64,000 nt of DNA, from positions 3,712,001-3,776,000 of the forward strand of contig OZ245011.1 of the NCBI GenBank assembly GCA_965223665.1, given 5' to 3'. The DNA comes from Nitrospinaceae bacterium (lineage in GTDB: Bacteria > Nitrospinota > Nitrospinia > Nitrospinales > Nitrospinaceae). The position numbers were made by a program, and so were the translations under genes. This document shows positions 49,387-59,226 of this stretch, piece after piece. Every line of letters starts with the position of its first letter. Position 1 is the stretch's first letter. Under the pieces are notes generated by a model. That model was not told the origin of the DNA and made no database searches. It worked only from the letters and a program-made list of their open reading frames with translations.

Positions 49387-49533
49387 TTAGTTTTCTTTTA
49401 ATATTGCTGAAAGGATATGCCAAACAAACGAAATCACTATAATTACCCCTCCAACTAAAGCGATGATAATGGAGCGACTTTCCTTTTTTTGTTTTTCGGT
49501 GAGAGGGGGAAGCTTTTCTTCTTTGTCAGTCAT
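49387..49533 (-). CDS. 48-aa single-pass membrane protein
   Basis: Not in the ORF track: MTDKEEKLPPLTEKQKKESRSIIIALVGGVIIVISFVWHILSAILKEN*; its stop abuts the nupC-like stop. Confidence 0.65.
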   Translation of the reverse strand: MTDKEEKLPPLTEKQKKESRSIIIALVGGVIIVISFVWHILSAILKEN

Positions 49534-49715
49534 AATTTCTTCAAATTGAATTTCAAAAAATACTAAGATTAAGTTTGACCCTCAATTCCTTTAAAAAATT
49601 TTTTGCATCGAAACTCAAAGTATTTTTTTAGGAGAAAGAGAAAGCTTTATTAAACATTAATCTTTCAATATTAATTTAAAGTTTTCTGATTTCCTGTAAT
49701 TAGGATTGAGTGCTT

Positions 49716-50066
49716 TTAAATTTCTCCTAATTCATCTTCTTCAAATAGTGATTCCATGGTTTCTCTATCACTTTCTTCATTCGTTTGCCGGTCGGCACGG
49801 TCGATAAATTCATTGACGGTTTTTAAATGTTCCTGCGAGATATTACATAAAACCAATCGTGTCATAATAGTTTCTTTTTCATAAAAGTTTAACAATTTAC
49901 CAATAAAGCCCATTAAAAAAGGAGAAAATAAAAGCTTAATATTTGAAAAATCCAACTCAATTGATTGGTTTTCTTTGAACATGGGATAGATTTTTTCGTA
50001 AAGGGAGAATCCATCCTCTAAAGAAACACAGGATGAACCAAACAGATCAAAAAGTATAAATCGCAT
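49716..50066 (-). CDS. STAS-like (DUF4325) protein
   Basis: CVSLEDGFSLY, IELDFSNI, SPFL...IGKL pattern. Confidence 0.75.
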   Translation of the reverse strand: MRFILFDLFGSSCVSLEDGFSLYEKIYPMFKENQSIELDFSNIKLLFSPFLMGFIGKLLNFYEKETIMTRLVLCNISQEHLKTVNEFIDRADRQTNEESDRETMESLFEEDELGEI

Positions 50067-50465
50067 TTTTCCATTGCTCGTCTAAGGGTTCGATTTCTTT
50101 ATTGAAAAGTTATGGGCAATCATGGTAATAGATCAGTAAAAAAAGCGAACCAGTTCATGGTTAGTCTGATTAATTAGATAGTTTTTCTGGTCGAGAGATT
50201 TATGTCAAACAATAAAAATTCTAAACAGGTTTTAAACAAAAGTGACAAATTCCGCCGATTTCTAATTTTTTTCTTTTATATTTTTATTGTGGGTGGAGGA
50301 ATTATTTACCATTTTATTATTAAACCCTTATGATTTAAGGATTTAATAATTAATTTTTCTTTTGCTTATTTTTGGGTGATTTCTAAGTATTTCAGTTTAA
50401 GGAAATTGTATTAAGGCTGTGATTTAGAATCTTATAGGTGTGATTGTTTAGGCAGAATGAAAAAG

Positions 50466-51791
50466 CTAATCTGCCGATTTATTACCTAAGGTTAAAGTGA
50501 AAGTTGATCCATTGCCCTGAGAGCTTTTTGCAGTAATATTGCCTCCGTGCCGCTCCATTATTTTATGGCAAATAGCGAGGCCCATTCCTGTTCCTTCCTT
50601 TTCACTCCTACCATGAAGCCTTTCAAATGGTTTGAAAATTCGGTTATTGAACTTTTCATTAAAACCAATTCCATTATCGCTAACGGATATTTCCCATTTT
50701 TCTTTGTCTACAGGATGACTGGAAATAGAAATTTCAGGATTAGAGTCTGGTTTAGAAAATGTAATGGCATTATTAATTAATTGGGTAAAAAGTTGTCGCA
50801 TTTGAACTTTATCTACACAAAGAATGGGAAGTTCTTCGATATAAACTTTTGCTTTGGATCTGGCTATTTTGCTTTCTAGATCTAGAAGTGCTTCGTTGAC
50901 AACTTTTTCGATAGGGGTGCTTTCAAACTCGCATGATTTCGTGGAGATTCTTGTTAATTGAAGTAAGGCATCAATCAACTTTTGCATATGATTGGTTGCC
51001 TTGGACATCACTTTAATATATTCCTTAGCTTTTGGATCCAGTAAATTTTGGAATTTCGTTTGAAGTCTTTCTCCAAACGTAATCACTTTTCTCAAAGGTT
51101 CCTGTAAATCATGGGAGGCGGTATAAGCAAAATCTTTTAGCTCCTGAATATGTGTTTTAAGTTCTTCCGTGGTATTTTCTAATTCGACGGTACGTTTCTG
51201 CACCTTTTTTTCCAGAGATTTATTTTGGTCATTTAGCAGGTCATATAACGAACCGTTTTCTAGTGCATATGCAGTATGATGCATAACAATTGTAAGTAAT
51301 GTTGAAACCTCTGAAGGTATGTGTCGAGTATTTTTTTCAAGTCGGGCTAATACCATACCTTTGACTTTATTTTTTGTCGATAATATGTGTAAAAGTAACT
51401 TTTCTTGGAAATATTTGCTTTCTACAATGATGGCTCTATTTTGTTTTAAAGCCCAGGCAAAAGCTCCCTTTTCAATTTGATAATCTAATTCTAATCGAAG
51501 TTGATCGTTGTCTTCCTTTGGTTCTCCATTCACTAACTTGAAGCTTTTATCCGTTTCACTTACCTGAAAAAAACCAACGGATTTAAATTTTATTAATTGT
51601 TTTAAATAGTAGTTGGTTTTTTCAAAAATTTGTTGAGGGGTTGTGGACTTAGGAACATATCGATGCATTTCCCCCATAGAAGCTACTAATTCTAATGCGG
51701 AAAAGTACCATCTATTTTCATTTTCTAAATAAGAAATCCGAGCTTTTAACTTTTGAATGTCATCACGGTTTAAAGTTCCTAATTTATCCAT
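50466..51791 (-). CDS. Cytoplasmic GAF-domain sensor histidine kinase
   Basis: FAYTASHDLQEPLR H-box, NAITF, DNGIG, GTGMGLAIC. Confidence 0.93.
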   Translation of the reverse strand: MDKLGTLNRDDIQKLKARISYLENENRWYFSALELVASMGEMHRYVPKSTTPQQIFEKTNYYLKQLIKFKSVGFFQVSETDKSFKLVNGEPKEDNDQLRLELDYQIEKGAFAWALKQNRAIIVESKYFQEKLLLHILSTKNKVKGMVLARLEKNTRHIPSEVSTLLTIVMHHTAYALENGSLYDLLNDQNKSLEKKVQKRTVELENTTEELKTHIQELKDFAYTASHDLQEPLRKVITFGERLQTKFQNLLDPKAKEYIKVMSKATNHMQKLIDALLQLTRISTKSCEFESTPIEKVVNEALLDLESKIARSKAKVYIEELPILCVDKVQMRQLFTQLINNAITFSKPDSNPEISISSHPVDKEKWEISVSDNGIGFNEKFNNRIFKPFERLHGRSEKEGTGMGLAICHKIMERHGGNITAKSSQGNGSTFTLTLGNKSAD

Positions 51792-51800
51792 GAATTTTTA

Positions 51801-52649
51801 TTACCTCGATAAAACTATTTCTACGTTCTCTTCATATTCCGGCCCCACTTGATTCCAAACCTGACTCATAACTGCCGGAGACAAGTCTACTGTTTCAAAA
51901 GCTTCCGCTTCTAATGGAGGGAGATGAGGATCTCCACTTGATCCTAATTCCATGGCCTTGGCAATAATATCAGCCAAATGGACTAAAGCGGTTCCTATTG
52001 GAAACCGTTGTGCTTCCAGTGGCTTATGATGGCAAGAAATGTATTCCTCCAGGCTTAGAGGTAATTTCCATGCTTTGGCCAAACAGGCTCCTACTTCAGT
52101 GTGATCAAAACCTAAAACTTCTTTTTCAATCTTATGAATTAGTCCTTTTTCTTCTTTGTTTCGATAAAATATTTCTTGAGCCTGCTCAGGAAGATTTTCT
52201 AGAATAATTAATCGTCCCACATCATGAAGGATCCCGGCTAAATAAAAACGCTCGGGATTGGGTTCTCTCCGATGAATAGCAAGGTTTCTAGCAATAATTC
52301 CCACTGCGAGGCTGTGTCGCCAGAATTGCTCCATATTTATGTTCTCTTCAGAAATTCCATTAAAAGAGGTAAGAACGGTAGTGGCTAAAGCCAATTCATA
52401 CAATTGCTCTGTGCCAACCAATGAAATGGCATGGGTAATGGTTTCTATTGCCGAAGGAAAATTAAATAAAGAACTGTTTACAATTTTTAAGAGTTTTACG
52501 CTTAAAGCAGTATCTAAACTTATAATTTTAGCTATATCCGAGTAACTGCTATTGGGATCGTGAAGAATATCGTGCATCATTAAAAATGATTCTGGTAACG
52601 AAGAAACTCGGGTCGAACCAGTAATTAAATCCTTGGCTTTACTTTCCAT
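51801..52649 (-). CDS. HDOD domain protein
   Basis: SLP, DTALSVKLLKIVNS, FWRHS, AGILHDVG, GFDH, WKLP. Confidence 0.93.
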   Translation of the reverse strand: MESKAKDLITGSTRVSSLPESFLMMHDILHDPNSSYSDIAKIISLDTALSVKLLKIVNSSLFNFPSAIETITHAISLVGTEQLYELALATTVLTSFNGISEENINMEQFWRHSLAVGIIARNLAIHRREPNPERFYLAGILHDVGRLIILENLPEQAQEIFYRNKEEKGLIHKIEKEVLGFDHTEVGACLAKAWKLPLSLEEYISCHHKPLEAQRFPIGTALVHLADIIAKAMELGSSGDPHLPPLEAEAFETVDLSPAVMSQVWNQVGPEYEENVEIVLSR

Positions 52650-52998
52650 CTAGGTTTGCTCCGCTAGAAATGTCTTTAATTTTCTTTTGAGTAGATAATT
52701 GTAATAATTCGTTCATTAGTGGGTGTTTGCAATTGGAATGACGAAAAATTTTAGCTACTTCAATCTGTGCTTTTTTTAACAATTGAGGATCCACAGAGTT
52801 TTCCTGTGAATTTTCGGATTCATTCTTTCTTGAAACCCCAATAACAGGGATTTCTAAAATTCCCCATGCTTTAAAAGTTTTGATATCTTTGTCACTAACC
52901 GGGCGACCTTTAGATAGAATGAGTTCGCCAGAAAAATTCCTTATATCTTTGGCAATTACCATGCCGGGTTTAAGTTGATTAGGATTTAGAACCTGCAA
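52639..52998 (-). CDS. Small protein resembling the N-terminal domain of HD-GYP proteins
   Basis: QLKPGMVIAKDI...LILSKG motif; TTG start after AGGAGG; overlaps the HDOD gene. Confidence 0.7.
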   Translation of the reverse strand: MQVLNPNQLKPGMVIAKDIRNFSGELILSKGRPVSDKDIKTFKAWGILEIPVIGVSRKNESENSQENSVDPQLLKKAQIEVAKIFRHSNCKHPLMNELLQLSTQKKIKDISSGANLDGK

Positions 52999-53439
52999 AG
53001 GTCCTCCTGTAGATCAAAGTTAATGTTAAAAATTAACCCCAGCAAGCCTGGTGGTTTGATTCAATTAATTTATGAGATATTTTTATTATCAAGGAAAAAA
53101 TTAATAAGTTCAATAATCTATGGCTTATTTAAGACCCGGCTTAGACAGTAACTATTGGCATTAAATTTATGTTTTGCGATTAAATTCGGAGGAAAAAATA
53201 AATTTGCCAATCAATTGAATTGAATTTTGCCTTCTTGCTTTTCTTAGCCTTATCGGAAAATTTGTGGAAAAATTTGAGAAAAACCATCAAAATAAATAAA
53301 AAAATTTAAGGAAAAATTTTATTTTCTTTATTTGGGAGGTGGAAAAAAGGTTAGCTTGTGGTTAAAGATGGGACCCTTTACAATACCTTTTTCTTAAAAA
53401 CCTTGTTCATGAAAATAAAAAAGATCTAATTTTAAAATT

Positions 53440-54216
53440 ATGTTGTTAGCCGTTGATATTGGAAATACAAACATTGTGTTTGGTTTGTATGTTGAAGAGA
53501 AATTGCGAACCCATTGGCGAATTCGGACCGAAAAAAACCGAACGACTGATGAATATTGGGTTTTGGTTAATGAGTTCATTCGACTAAATGAAATTGGTCC
53601 GGAAACTATTGATGACATAATTATTTCTTGCGTGGTTCCTCCATTAATTCCCGTTTTTGAGGAACTCTCTAAAAAGTATCTAAAAGCTTCCCCTTTAATT
53701 GTAGGGCCAGGAATAAAAACTGGCATTTCAATTTTATATAAAAACCCAGCAGAGGTAGGTGCAGATAGGATCGTTAATGCTGTTGCTGGTTTTGCAAAAT
53801 ATGGGGGGCCTTTGATTATTGTGGATTTTGGAACGGCTACAACTTTTGATGTGGTCTCGGTAAGGGGTGAATATTTAGGTGGTGTTATTTGTCCTGGTTT
53901 GCAAATTTCATTGGAAGCTCTATATAAGGGAACCGCAAAATTATCTCCGGTGGACCTAGTGACCCCAAAACATGTAATAGGGAAATCTACCGTGGAAAGT
54001 ATCCAGTCTGGAGCTATCTTTGGTTCAGTGGGGATGGTTGAAAAAATGATATCTAAAATTCATGAAGAACTGGGACAAAAAGCAAAAGTAATTGGAACAG
54101 GGGGTGTCTTGAAATCCATCATAGACCAAATAGAAATAATTGAAACGATTGACCTGTTTCTAACATTGGAAGGATTAAAAATAATTCGTGATCTGAATCG
54201 ACAAAAACTCAAGTGA
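53440..54216 (+). CDS. coaX: Type III pantothenate kinase
   Basis: DIGNTN, GADR, VDFGTATT, GTGG, LTLEGL. Confidence 0.96.
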   Translation: MLLAVDIGNTNIVFGLYVEEKLRTHWRIRTEKNRTTDEYWVLVNEFIRLNEIGPETIDDIIISCVVPPLIPVFEELSKKYLKASPLIVGPGIKTGISILYKNPAEVGADRIVNAVAGFAKYGGPLIIVDFGTATTFDVVSVRGEYLGGVICPGLQISLEALYKGTAKLSPVDLVTPKHVIGKSTVESIQSGAIFGSVGMVEKMISKIHEELGQKAKVIGTGGVLKSIIDQIEIIETIDLFLTLEGLKIIRDLNRQKLK

Positions 54217-54224
54217 AACCTTTT

Positions 54225-54315
54225 GTTAAAACCGACTTTCCCAATCGGAGGAGGGGGCTTAGGGATCCGAGGAGAGGAGGAACCTCGGATAAGGATCAGA
54301 AAAGCCGGTCTTAAC
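54225..54315 (-). ncRNA. Structured RNA element with CCUCC-rich loops (sRNA or 3' UTR)
   Basis: On the - strand a continuous 22-bp helix (5 G-U pairs) encloses the hairpin AUCCGAGG-UUCCUCCUCU-CCUCGGAU and an unpaired CCCCCUCCUCC. Confidence 0.6.
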
Positions 54316-54341
54316 CATGTGCAAATATTTTTTTAATCGTA

Positions 54342-54578
54342 TTACCTTGTGGGTTTCATTAAAAATAAACGTACCAGCATGCTATCTTCATCCCGGTTTG
54401 AAACTTTAAATCCATTTGACTCAGCTAAGTTTTGAAATGCTTCTGTAAAATTCTTTTTTTTATCTAAAATTATTTCAAGGATTCCATTTGTTTTGACATC
54501 CTCGATGGCTTTCTTCGTTTCAGAAAAAGCATTAAAAAATGATAACCCTCTGGTGTCCAAAGTCTTAAAAATCTTCAT
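54342..54578 (-). CDS. TusA/SirA-like protein lacking the CPxP cysteine
   Basis: KTLDTRGLSFF, LEIILD, GFKV pattern; GGAG upstream; no Cys in the protein. Confidence 0.7.
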   Translation of the reverse strand: MKIFKTLDTRGLSFFNAFSETKKAIEDVKTNGILEIILDKKKNFTEAFQNLAESNGFKVSNRDEDSMLVRLFLMKPTR

Positions 54579-54898
54579 GATTTATTTCTCCCTTGACCAA
54601 CTGAAGTGATAAACCGACAATCAAAACCCAATTTCAACTTATTACCCTTATACAATTTGGAGATTAAATCCGGGTTAAAGGTTTATTAATTTTTTTTAAT
54701 ATATTTGGAAGATTTTAACCTATTGAATAAAAAGGGGTAAAATTGGCCGAAAATCTCTTTAAGTCAGTTGATTAAAGCTCAAGTAAGGGGGGTAAATATT
54801 ACATTGTGGTATGATTTGGAAAACTATTTTTATTATTGATACAATAATTTCTTTGGTTTAATAGTAGAAATTTTAATTTTTGGAAAGGGACTGAGACG

Positions 54899-55831
54899 AT
54901 GGCCATTTCTCGGGACGGAAATACTCAATATGAGTCTCCAGAGTTATCTTTTGAAGAAAAATCAGAGAAGTTAAGATTGGAGATTGAAAAACTTTTGGAG
55001 AAAGATAGTTCCAGTTTAGTGCTCCGCGGAAAATATTTTTCAACGGATGAGATGACGATTCTCTCCCAATTCGAACCCGTCCAGTCAATAAGATCTTTAG
55101 ATATAAGTGATAACCAAATTGGTAATGAAGGTCTTAAAATTATATTTGAGTCGAAAAATTTTGAAAATTTAGAAGAACTTAATCTTTCTATAAATTTTAT
55201 TACCAAAGATGGGATTGTAGAAATTTCTGAGTCAGAAGAAGTTAAAATAAAGCGCCTTAAAGTTTTACACCTGGAAGATAATAAATTAATTGACGAAGCG
55301 GCGATAGCACTGGTGAATTCATCAAATTTTTGTCATTTAGAAACTCTAAATATTGGATGGAATGAGGTGGGTAATGAGACCGTAATAGCCCTTGGAAAAA
55401 GTAATTCGATGAAAAACCTTAAATCTTTGGATTTAGAAAGAAATTATGTGGATCAAGAGGGTGTTAAAGGGTTGTGCGAAGGGGGGGCGTTGGAAAATTT
55501 AGAAAATTTAAACCTGTCCTCTAATAAATTAGGTGACCCTGGGGCAATTGCTTTAGCCAGTGGGAAGCCTCTACCCAATTTGAAATATTTATGGCTCACG
55601 AATAACTCCATTGGAGATGAGGGTGCAAAAATGATTGGAGAATCGAATAACTTTTCGATCCTTGAGAAACTGTATATCGGCCGAAACTACTTCCAGGAAC
55701 CTGGTGGAGATGCTCTATACAATACAAAGACTATGCCAAACCTAAAAACTTTAGTCCTGAGAGAAGGGGTTGAGTCGACCCCGGGTTACGTAAATTATTC
55801 TCGTCCTGAATTATTGCGTCCGGGCCATTAA
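54899..55831 (+). CDS. RI-like leucine-rich repeat protein
   Basis: ~28-aa repeats LxxLxLxxNxIGDEGAxxL. Confidence 0.88.
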   Translation: MAISRDGNTQYESPELSFEEKSEKLRLEIEKLLEKDSSSLVLRGKYFSTDEMTILSQFEPVQSIRSLDISDNQIGNEGLKIIFESKNFENLEELNLSINFITKDGIVEISESEEVKIKRLKVLHLEDNKLIDEAAIALVNSSNFCHLETLNIGWNEVGNETVIALGKSNSMKNLKSLDLERNYVDQEGVKGLCEGGALENLENLNLSSNKLGDPGAIALASGKPLPNLKYLWLTNNSIGDEGAKMIGESNNFSILEKLYIGRNYFQEPGGDALYNTKTMPNLKTLVLREGVESTPGYVNYSRPELLRPGH

Positions 55832-55867
55832 TTGGGATTGAATAAGAATATATTTCTAAACCTTATT

Positions 55868-56542
55868 TTAAAAAACTTTTAGCTTTTCCAATTTAGTAAG
55901 TTTAGAAGAATTACGAAGTGCCTGTTTGGCATCTTCACTTTTGACCCGATTTCCTCCCAAGTGAAGATAAGTAAGGTTTGATAAGTTATCCGAATTTGCT
56001 ATCGCTAATGCGCCTTCATCACCCAATCTATTATCCACTAAACTTAATGAAGTAACTTTTGTAAGCAAGTTTGAAGAGGCTAAAAATTTACCTCCCTCGG
56101 GTCCAATACCATTGCACTCTAAATTAAGGGTTTCTACATTTTTAAATTTGGGGCACTCAGCAATAATTTTAACTCCCTCATCCCCCAAGTCATTGGAACC
56201 TAAATGTAAGTAATCTATATGGCCTAAATAGGGGGAATCTACCAGAATTTTCAAGGCCTCAGCTGTCAAACGATTGTGAGTTATGATTAAACTTGTGACA
56301 GTTTGAATGGGTTCCAGATCAGCAACCAGCTTTGCCAACTCAATTGGATGGTCGTCATTCTCGGCGTTATGACCAGTTTTTGCAAAGATATAACTATCCT
56401 GGATTTTTAATATTTTTTTTTCCTTAATGCACTCAAAAATAACTTTTTGTACGGGGGTAAAATTAGCACCTTCATCGCCATAGTTTTCACCATCATTTAT
56501 AAGTTGTTCCCAGTTCTTAATTTTATTTGGCGGCTTGGACAT
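55868..56542 (-). CDS. RI-like leucine-rich repeat protein
   Basis: LHLGSNDLGDEGV, LNLECNGIGPEG, LSLVDNRLGDEGA. Confidence 0.88.
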   Translation of the reverse strand: MSKPPNKIKNWEQLINDGENYGDEGANFTPVQKVIFECIKEKKILKIQDSYIFAKTGHNAENDDHPIELAKLVADLEPIQTVTSLIITHNRLTAEALKILVDSPYLGHIDYLHLGSNDLGDEGVKIIAECPKFKNVETLNLECNGIGPEGGKFLASSNLLTKVTSLSLVDNRLGDEGALAIANSDNLSNLTYLHLGGNRVKSEDAKQALRNSSKLTKLEKLKVF

Positions 56543-56555
56543 GGATTAAAAAAAA

Positions 56556-57020
56556 TTATTTATTGAGCCATTTTACATTGTCACAACCTACAATATTTCC
56601 CATATCACAGGCTTTTTGAAAGTACTTTTTGGCTTTACTCGCACGGCCTTCTTTATATTTTAAAGCCCCTTGATTAAAGCAAGCAGCATCTTCCCCTGCG
56701 TTGCAGGCTTTTTCAAACATTTTTGAGGCCTCTTTCCACTGAGGGCTATATTGTTTTCCTGAATTTTGGATCAGCGCACCACCAAAATTACATGCAGTCA
56801 TGTGATCTAAATCACAACTTTTCTTAAAATAAGCAGTGGCTTTTTTCTTATCTTTATCCAAAGATAAAGCTTTTTGGCCTAGTTTGAAACAAGCTACAGA
56901 ATTATTATCTTTACAAAGTTGTTCCATCTTCTCGTCAGTTGTGAGAGAGAAAGCAGGTGATAAATTTTGTATTAAAAGTAATGAGCAAATTAGGGAAATC
57001 CTAAGGATTTTATTAATCAC
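56556..57020 (-). CDS. Secreted cysteine-rich Sel1-like repeat protein (Hcp-like)
   Basis: Signal peptide; repeated KACxxGxxxAC units. Confidence 0.85.
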   Translation of the reverse strand: MINKILRISLICSLLLIQNLSPAFSLTTDEKMEQLCKDNNSVACFKLGQKALSLDKDKKKATAYFKKSCDLDHMTACNFGGALIQNSGKQYSPQWKEASKMFEKACNAGEDAACFNQGALKYKEGRASKAKKYFQKACDMGNIVGCDNVKWLNK

Positions 57021-57238
57021 GATTAGGCCCTTTCAATTGGGTCGCCAGACTTAAGCGACGGGTTAATGTCCCCAGATTCTACCATAACTAAACGCGGGCT
57101 TACTTTTTTTTAAAAGAAGATAAGTAATAAAACAATCGTATTGAAAAGGACGCTTTCGTTTGCAACTCACACCAAAATATTCTAACCTTTCCTAACTCCA
57201 TTAATTTGAATAAGTTGAATTTAGCTTAAGTCTTACAA

Positions 57239-57760
57239 ATGAACATAGTTTTAATAGGTTACCGCGGTTCAGGCAAAAGTGTGGTGGGAAGATTGTTGTC
57301 CCAACGTTTGGGATGCTCCTTATTTAGCGTGGATAGAATGATTGTAGAATCTGTTGGAATGCCTATCCCAAAATTTGTAAAGAGTCAGGGATGGCCAGAG
57401 TTTCGAAAAATAGAATCCAAATTAGTTCAAAAAATATGTCGGGAAGAAAATGATATTGTCATTGACTGTGGCGGTGGGGTGGTTCTGGATAATCGAAATG
57501 TTGAATTGCTTAAGCAAAAAGGTAAGATGGTTTTATTGAAGGCTAGTTTTTCAACGATTCTTAAAAGGATTCAAAAAGATTCAAACCGTCCGCCTTTAAC
57601 AAATGGTTTGTCTTTTGAAGATGAACAAAAAAAGATAATTGAAGAGCGAGAGGAAAAGTATTTGCAGGCAGCCGATTTTGTTTGTGATACCACCCATAAA
57701 CGACCCCATGAAACGGTTCAAGAGATAATAGGATATTTTAAAAGAAATAATTGGATTTAA
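57239..57760 (+). CDS. aroK: Shikimate kinase
   Basis: GYRGSGKS, FRKIE, DCGGGVV, RPPL. Confidence 0.93.
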   Translation: MNIVLIGYRGSGKSVVGRLLSQRLGCSLFSVDRMIVESVGMPIPKFVKSQGWPEFRKIESKLVQKICREENDIVIDCGGGVVLDNRNVELLKQKGKMVLLKASFSTILKRIQKDSNRPPLTNGLSFEDEQKKIIEEREEKYLQAADFVCDTTHKRPHETVQEIIGYFKRNNWI

Positions 57761-57761
57761 A

Positions 57762-58565
57762 ATGGAAAGTTCTTTGTTTGAAAGTTTGGTTCGGAACAGC
57801 ATGACCCTTATAACGGATATAGACGAAAGCGAATCTATGGTAATCCATGAGGGAAAAATGTTTGCCGATGCGGAAACCAGTGAAAACCCTACTTTTCTAT
57901 TAGACTTAAATGATAAAGAAGTTATCCTCGAAGAACTTGAGGAATTAATCCGCTACCCAAGATTGCGGTTAGTAAAAATATTAAAGTTGGATGAGAATAG
58001 TTTTGGAGATGAGGGTGTAGAATTGCTAAGCCAATGTGAATCGTTAGGAAAATTAACCTGGCTTTCTTTAGCTCATAACAACTTAACTTTTAAATCAGCT
58101 CAAGCAATTGCAAACTCAAAAGTTTTTACAAATCTGCAAACCTTGTTTTTGCAATTCAACAAATTTGGCCCTGACGCTTTACAGTCTATTGCAGATTCAG
58201 AAATGCTAAAGAAATTAAAAGTTTTATATTTAAAGGGTAACCCCATTGGTCCTGAGGGAGCGATTAATTTAGCGAGCTCCAAACATCTACGAAACCTTAA
58301 AGAACTTTACTTGGATCGTGGAGGTATAAAGAACTCGGGTTTAGAGGCCTTGTGTCAATCAGAAATAATGTTGAGTGTTGAAAAGTTGATGCTTCCCTTT
58401 AACAACTTAGATGACAGCGCCATTGACTTGATTGCGCAAAGTGAATTCCTGCCGAATTTAAGGACCATTGATTTATGTGGAAATCCCTTAAATCAAGAGA
58501 GGGCTCAACAATTAAAATCAGCACCCAAATTAAAAAACTTTAAATTTTTGCAAACCGATTGGTGA
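57762..58565 (+). CDS. RI-like leucine-rich repeat protein
   Basis: LKLDENSFGDEGV, LYLKGNPIGPEGA repeats. Confidence 0.87.
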   Translation: MESSLFESLVRNSMTLITDIDESESMVIHEGKMFADAETSENPTFLLDLNDKEVILEELEELIRYPRLRLVKILKLDENSFGDEGVELLSQCESLGKLTWLSLAHNNLTFKSAQAIANSKVFTNLQTLFLQFNKFGPDALQSIADSEMLKKLKVLYLKGNPIGPEGAINLASSKHLRNLKELYLDRGGIKNSGLEALCQSEIMLSVEKLMLPFNNLDDSAIDLIAQSEFLPNLRTIDLCGNPLNQERAQQLKSAPKLKNFKFLQTDW

Positions 58566-59212
58566 GTATTTTTTCCATGGCCCGCTTGGATATCTTGCCT
58601 TCTTACAATGAAATAATAAGGCACTTCAAAAAAAATGATCCTAATATGGCTCGCGTAATAAAAGAAATCGGCGAGTGCAAACTAAAAAGAAATAAAAATT
58701 ATTTCGTGGTTCTTTGTAAATCTATAGTTTCTCAGCAAATTTCCACTAAAGCAGCTGATACAATATTTGACCGGTTTAAATGTTTATTTGAGAAAAAACG
58801 ACCAAGACCTCACCTTGTAAGAAATTTATCTTTGGAAACAATGCAAAAGGTTGGCCTTTCCCGACAAAAAATTTCTTACCTAAAAGACTTGGGTGAAAAA
58901 TTTTTGGAAAATAGGATCCGGCCAAATAAGCTTTCCTATTTATCCAATGAAGAGGTTATCCAATGCTTAACCCAAGTCCATGGAATTGGACGATGGACAG
59001 CCGAAATGTTTTTGATATTTTCACTAAATAGATTGGATGTTTTACCTGTTGACGATTTGGGATTAAAAATTGCCGTGAAAAATATATATGGTCTCCAAAA
59101 AAATCCAGATGCAAAAAAATTAAAAAATATTGCAAAACCATGGCAACCTTTTGAAACACTAGGAACTTGGTATGCATGGCGTTCCTTAAATGCGCAAATT
59201 GTAAATTATTGA
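58559..59212 (+). CDS. alkA: DNA-3-methyladenine glycosylase II (HhH-GPD)
   Basis: SIVSQQIS, GIGRWTAEM, LPVDD. Confidence 0.88.
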   Translation: MVSIFSMARLDILPSYNEIIRHFKKNDPNMARVIKEIGECKLKRNKNYFVVLCKSIVSQQISTKAADTIFDRFKCLFEKKRPRPHLVRNLSLETMQKVGLSRQKISYLKDLGEKFLENRIRPNKLSYLSNEEVIQCLTQVHGIGRWTAEMFLIFSLNRLDVLPVDDLGLKIAVKNIYGLQKNPDAKKLKNIAKPWQPFETLGTWYAWRSLNAQIVNY

Positions 59213-59226
59213 TCGAGGACATTTTC

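Noticed and set aside
57020-57110. GTCGC/GCGAC hairpin upstream of the Sel1 gene as a riboswitch
   Set aside because: Only a short stem; no match to any riboswitch consensus I recognise.
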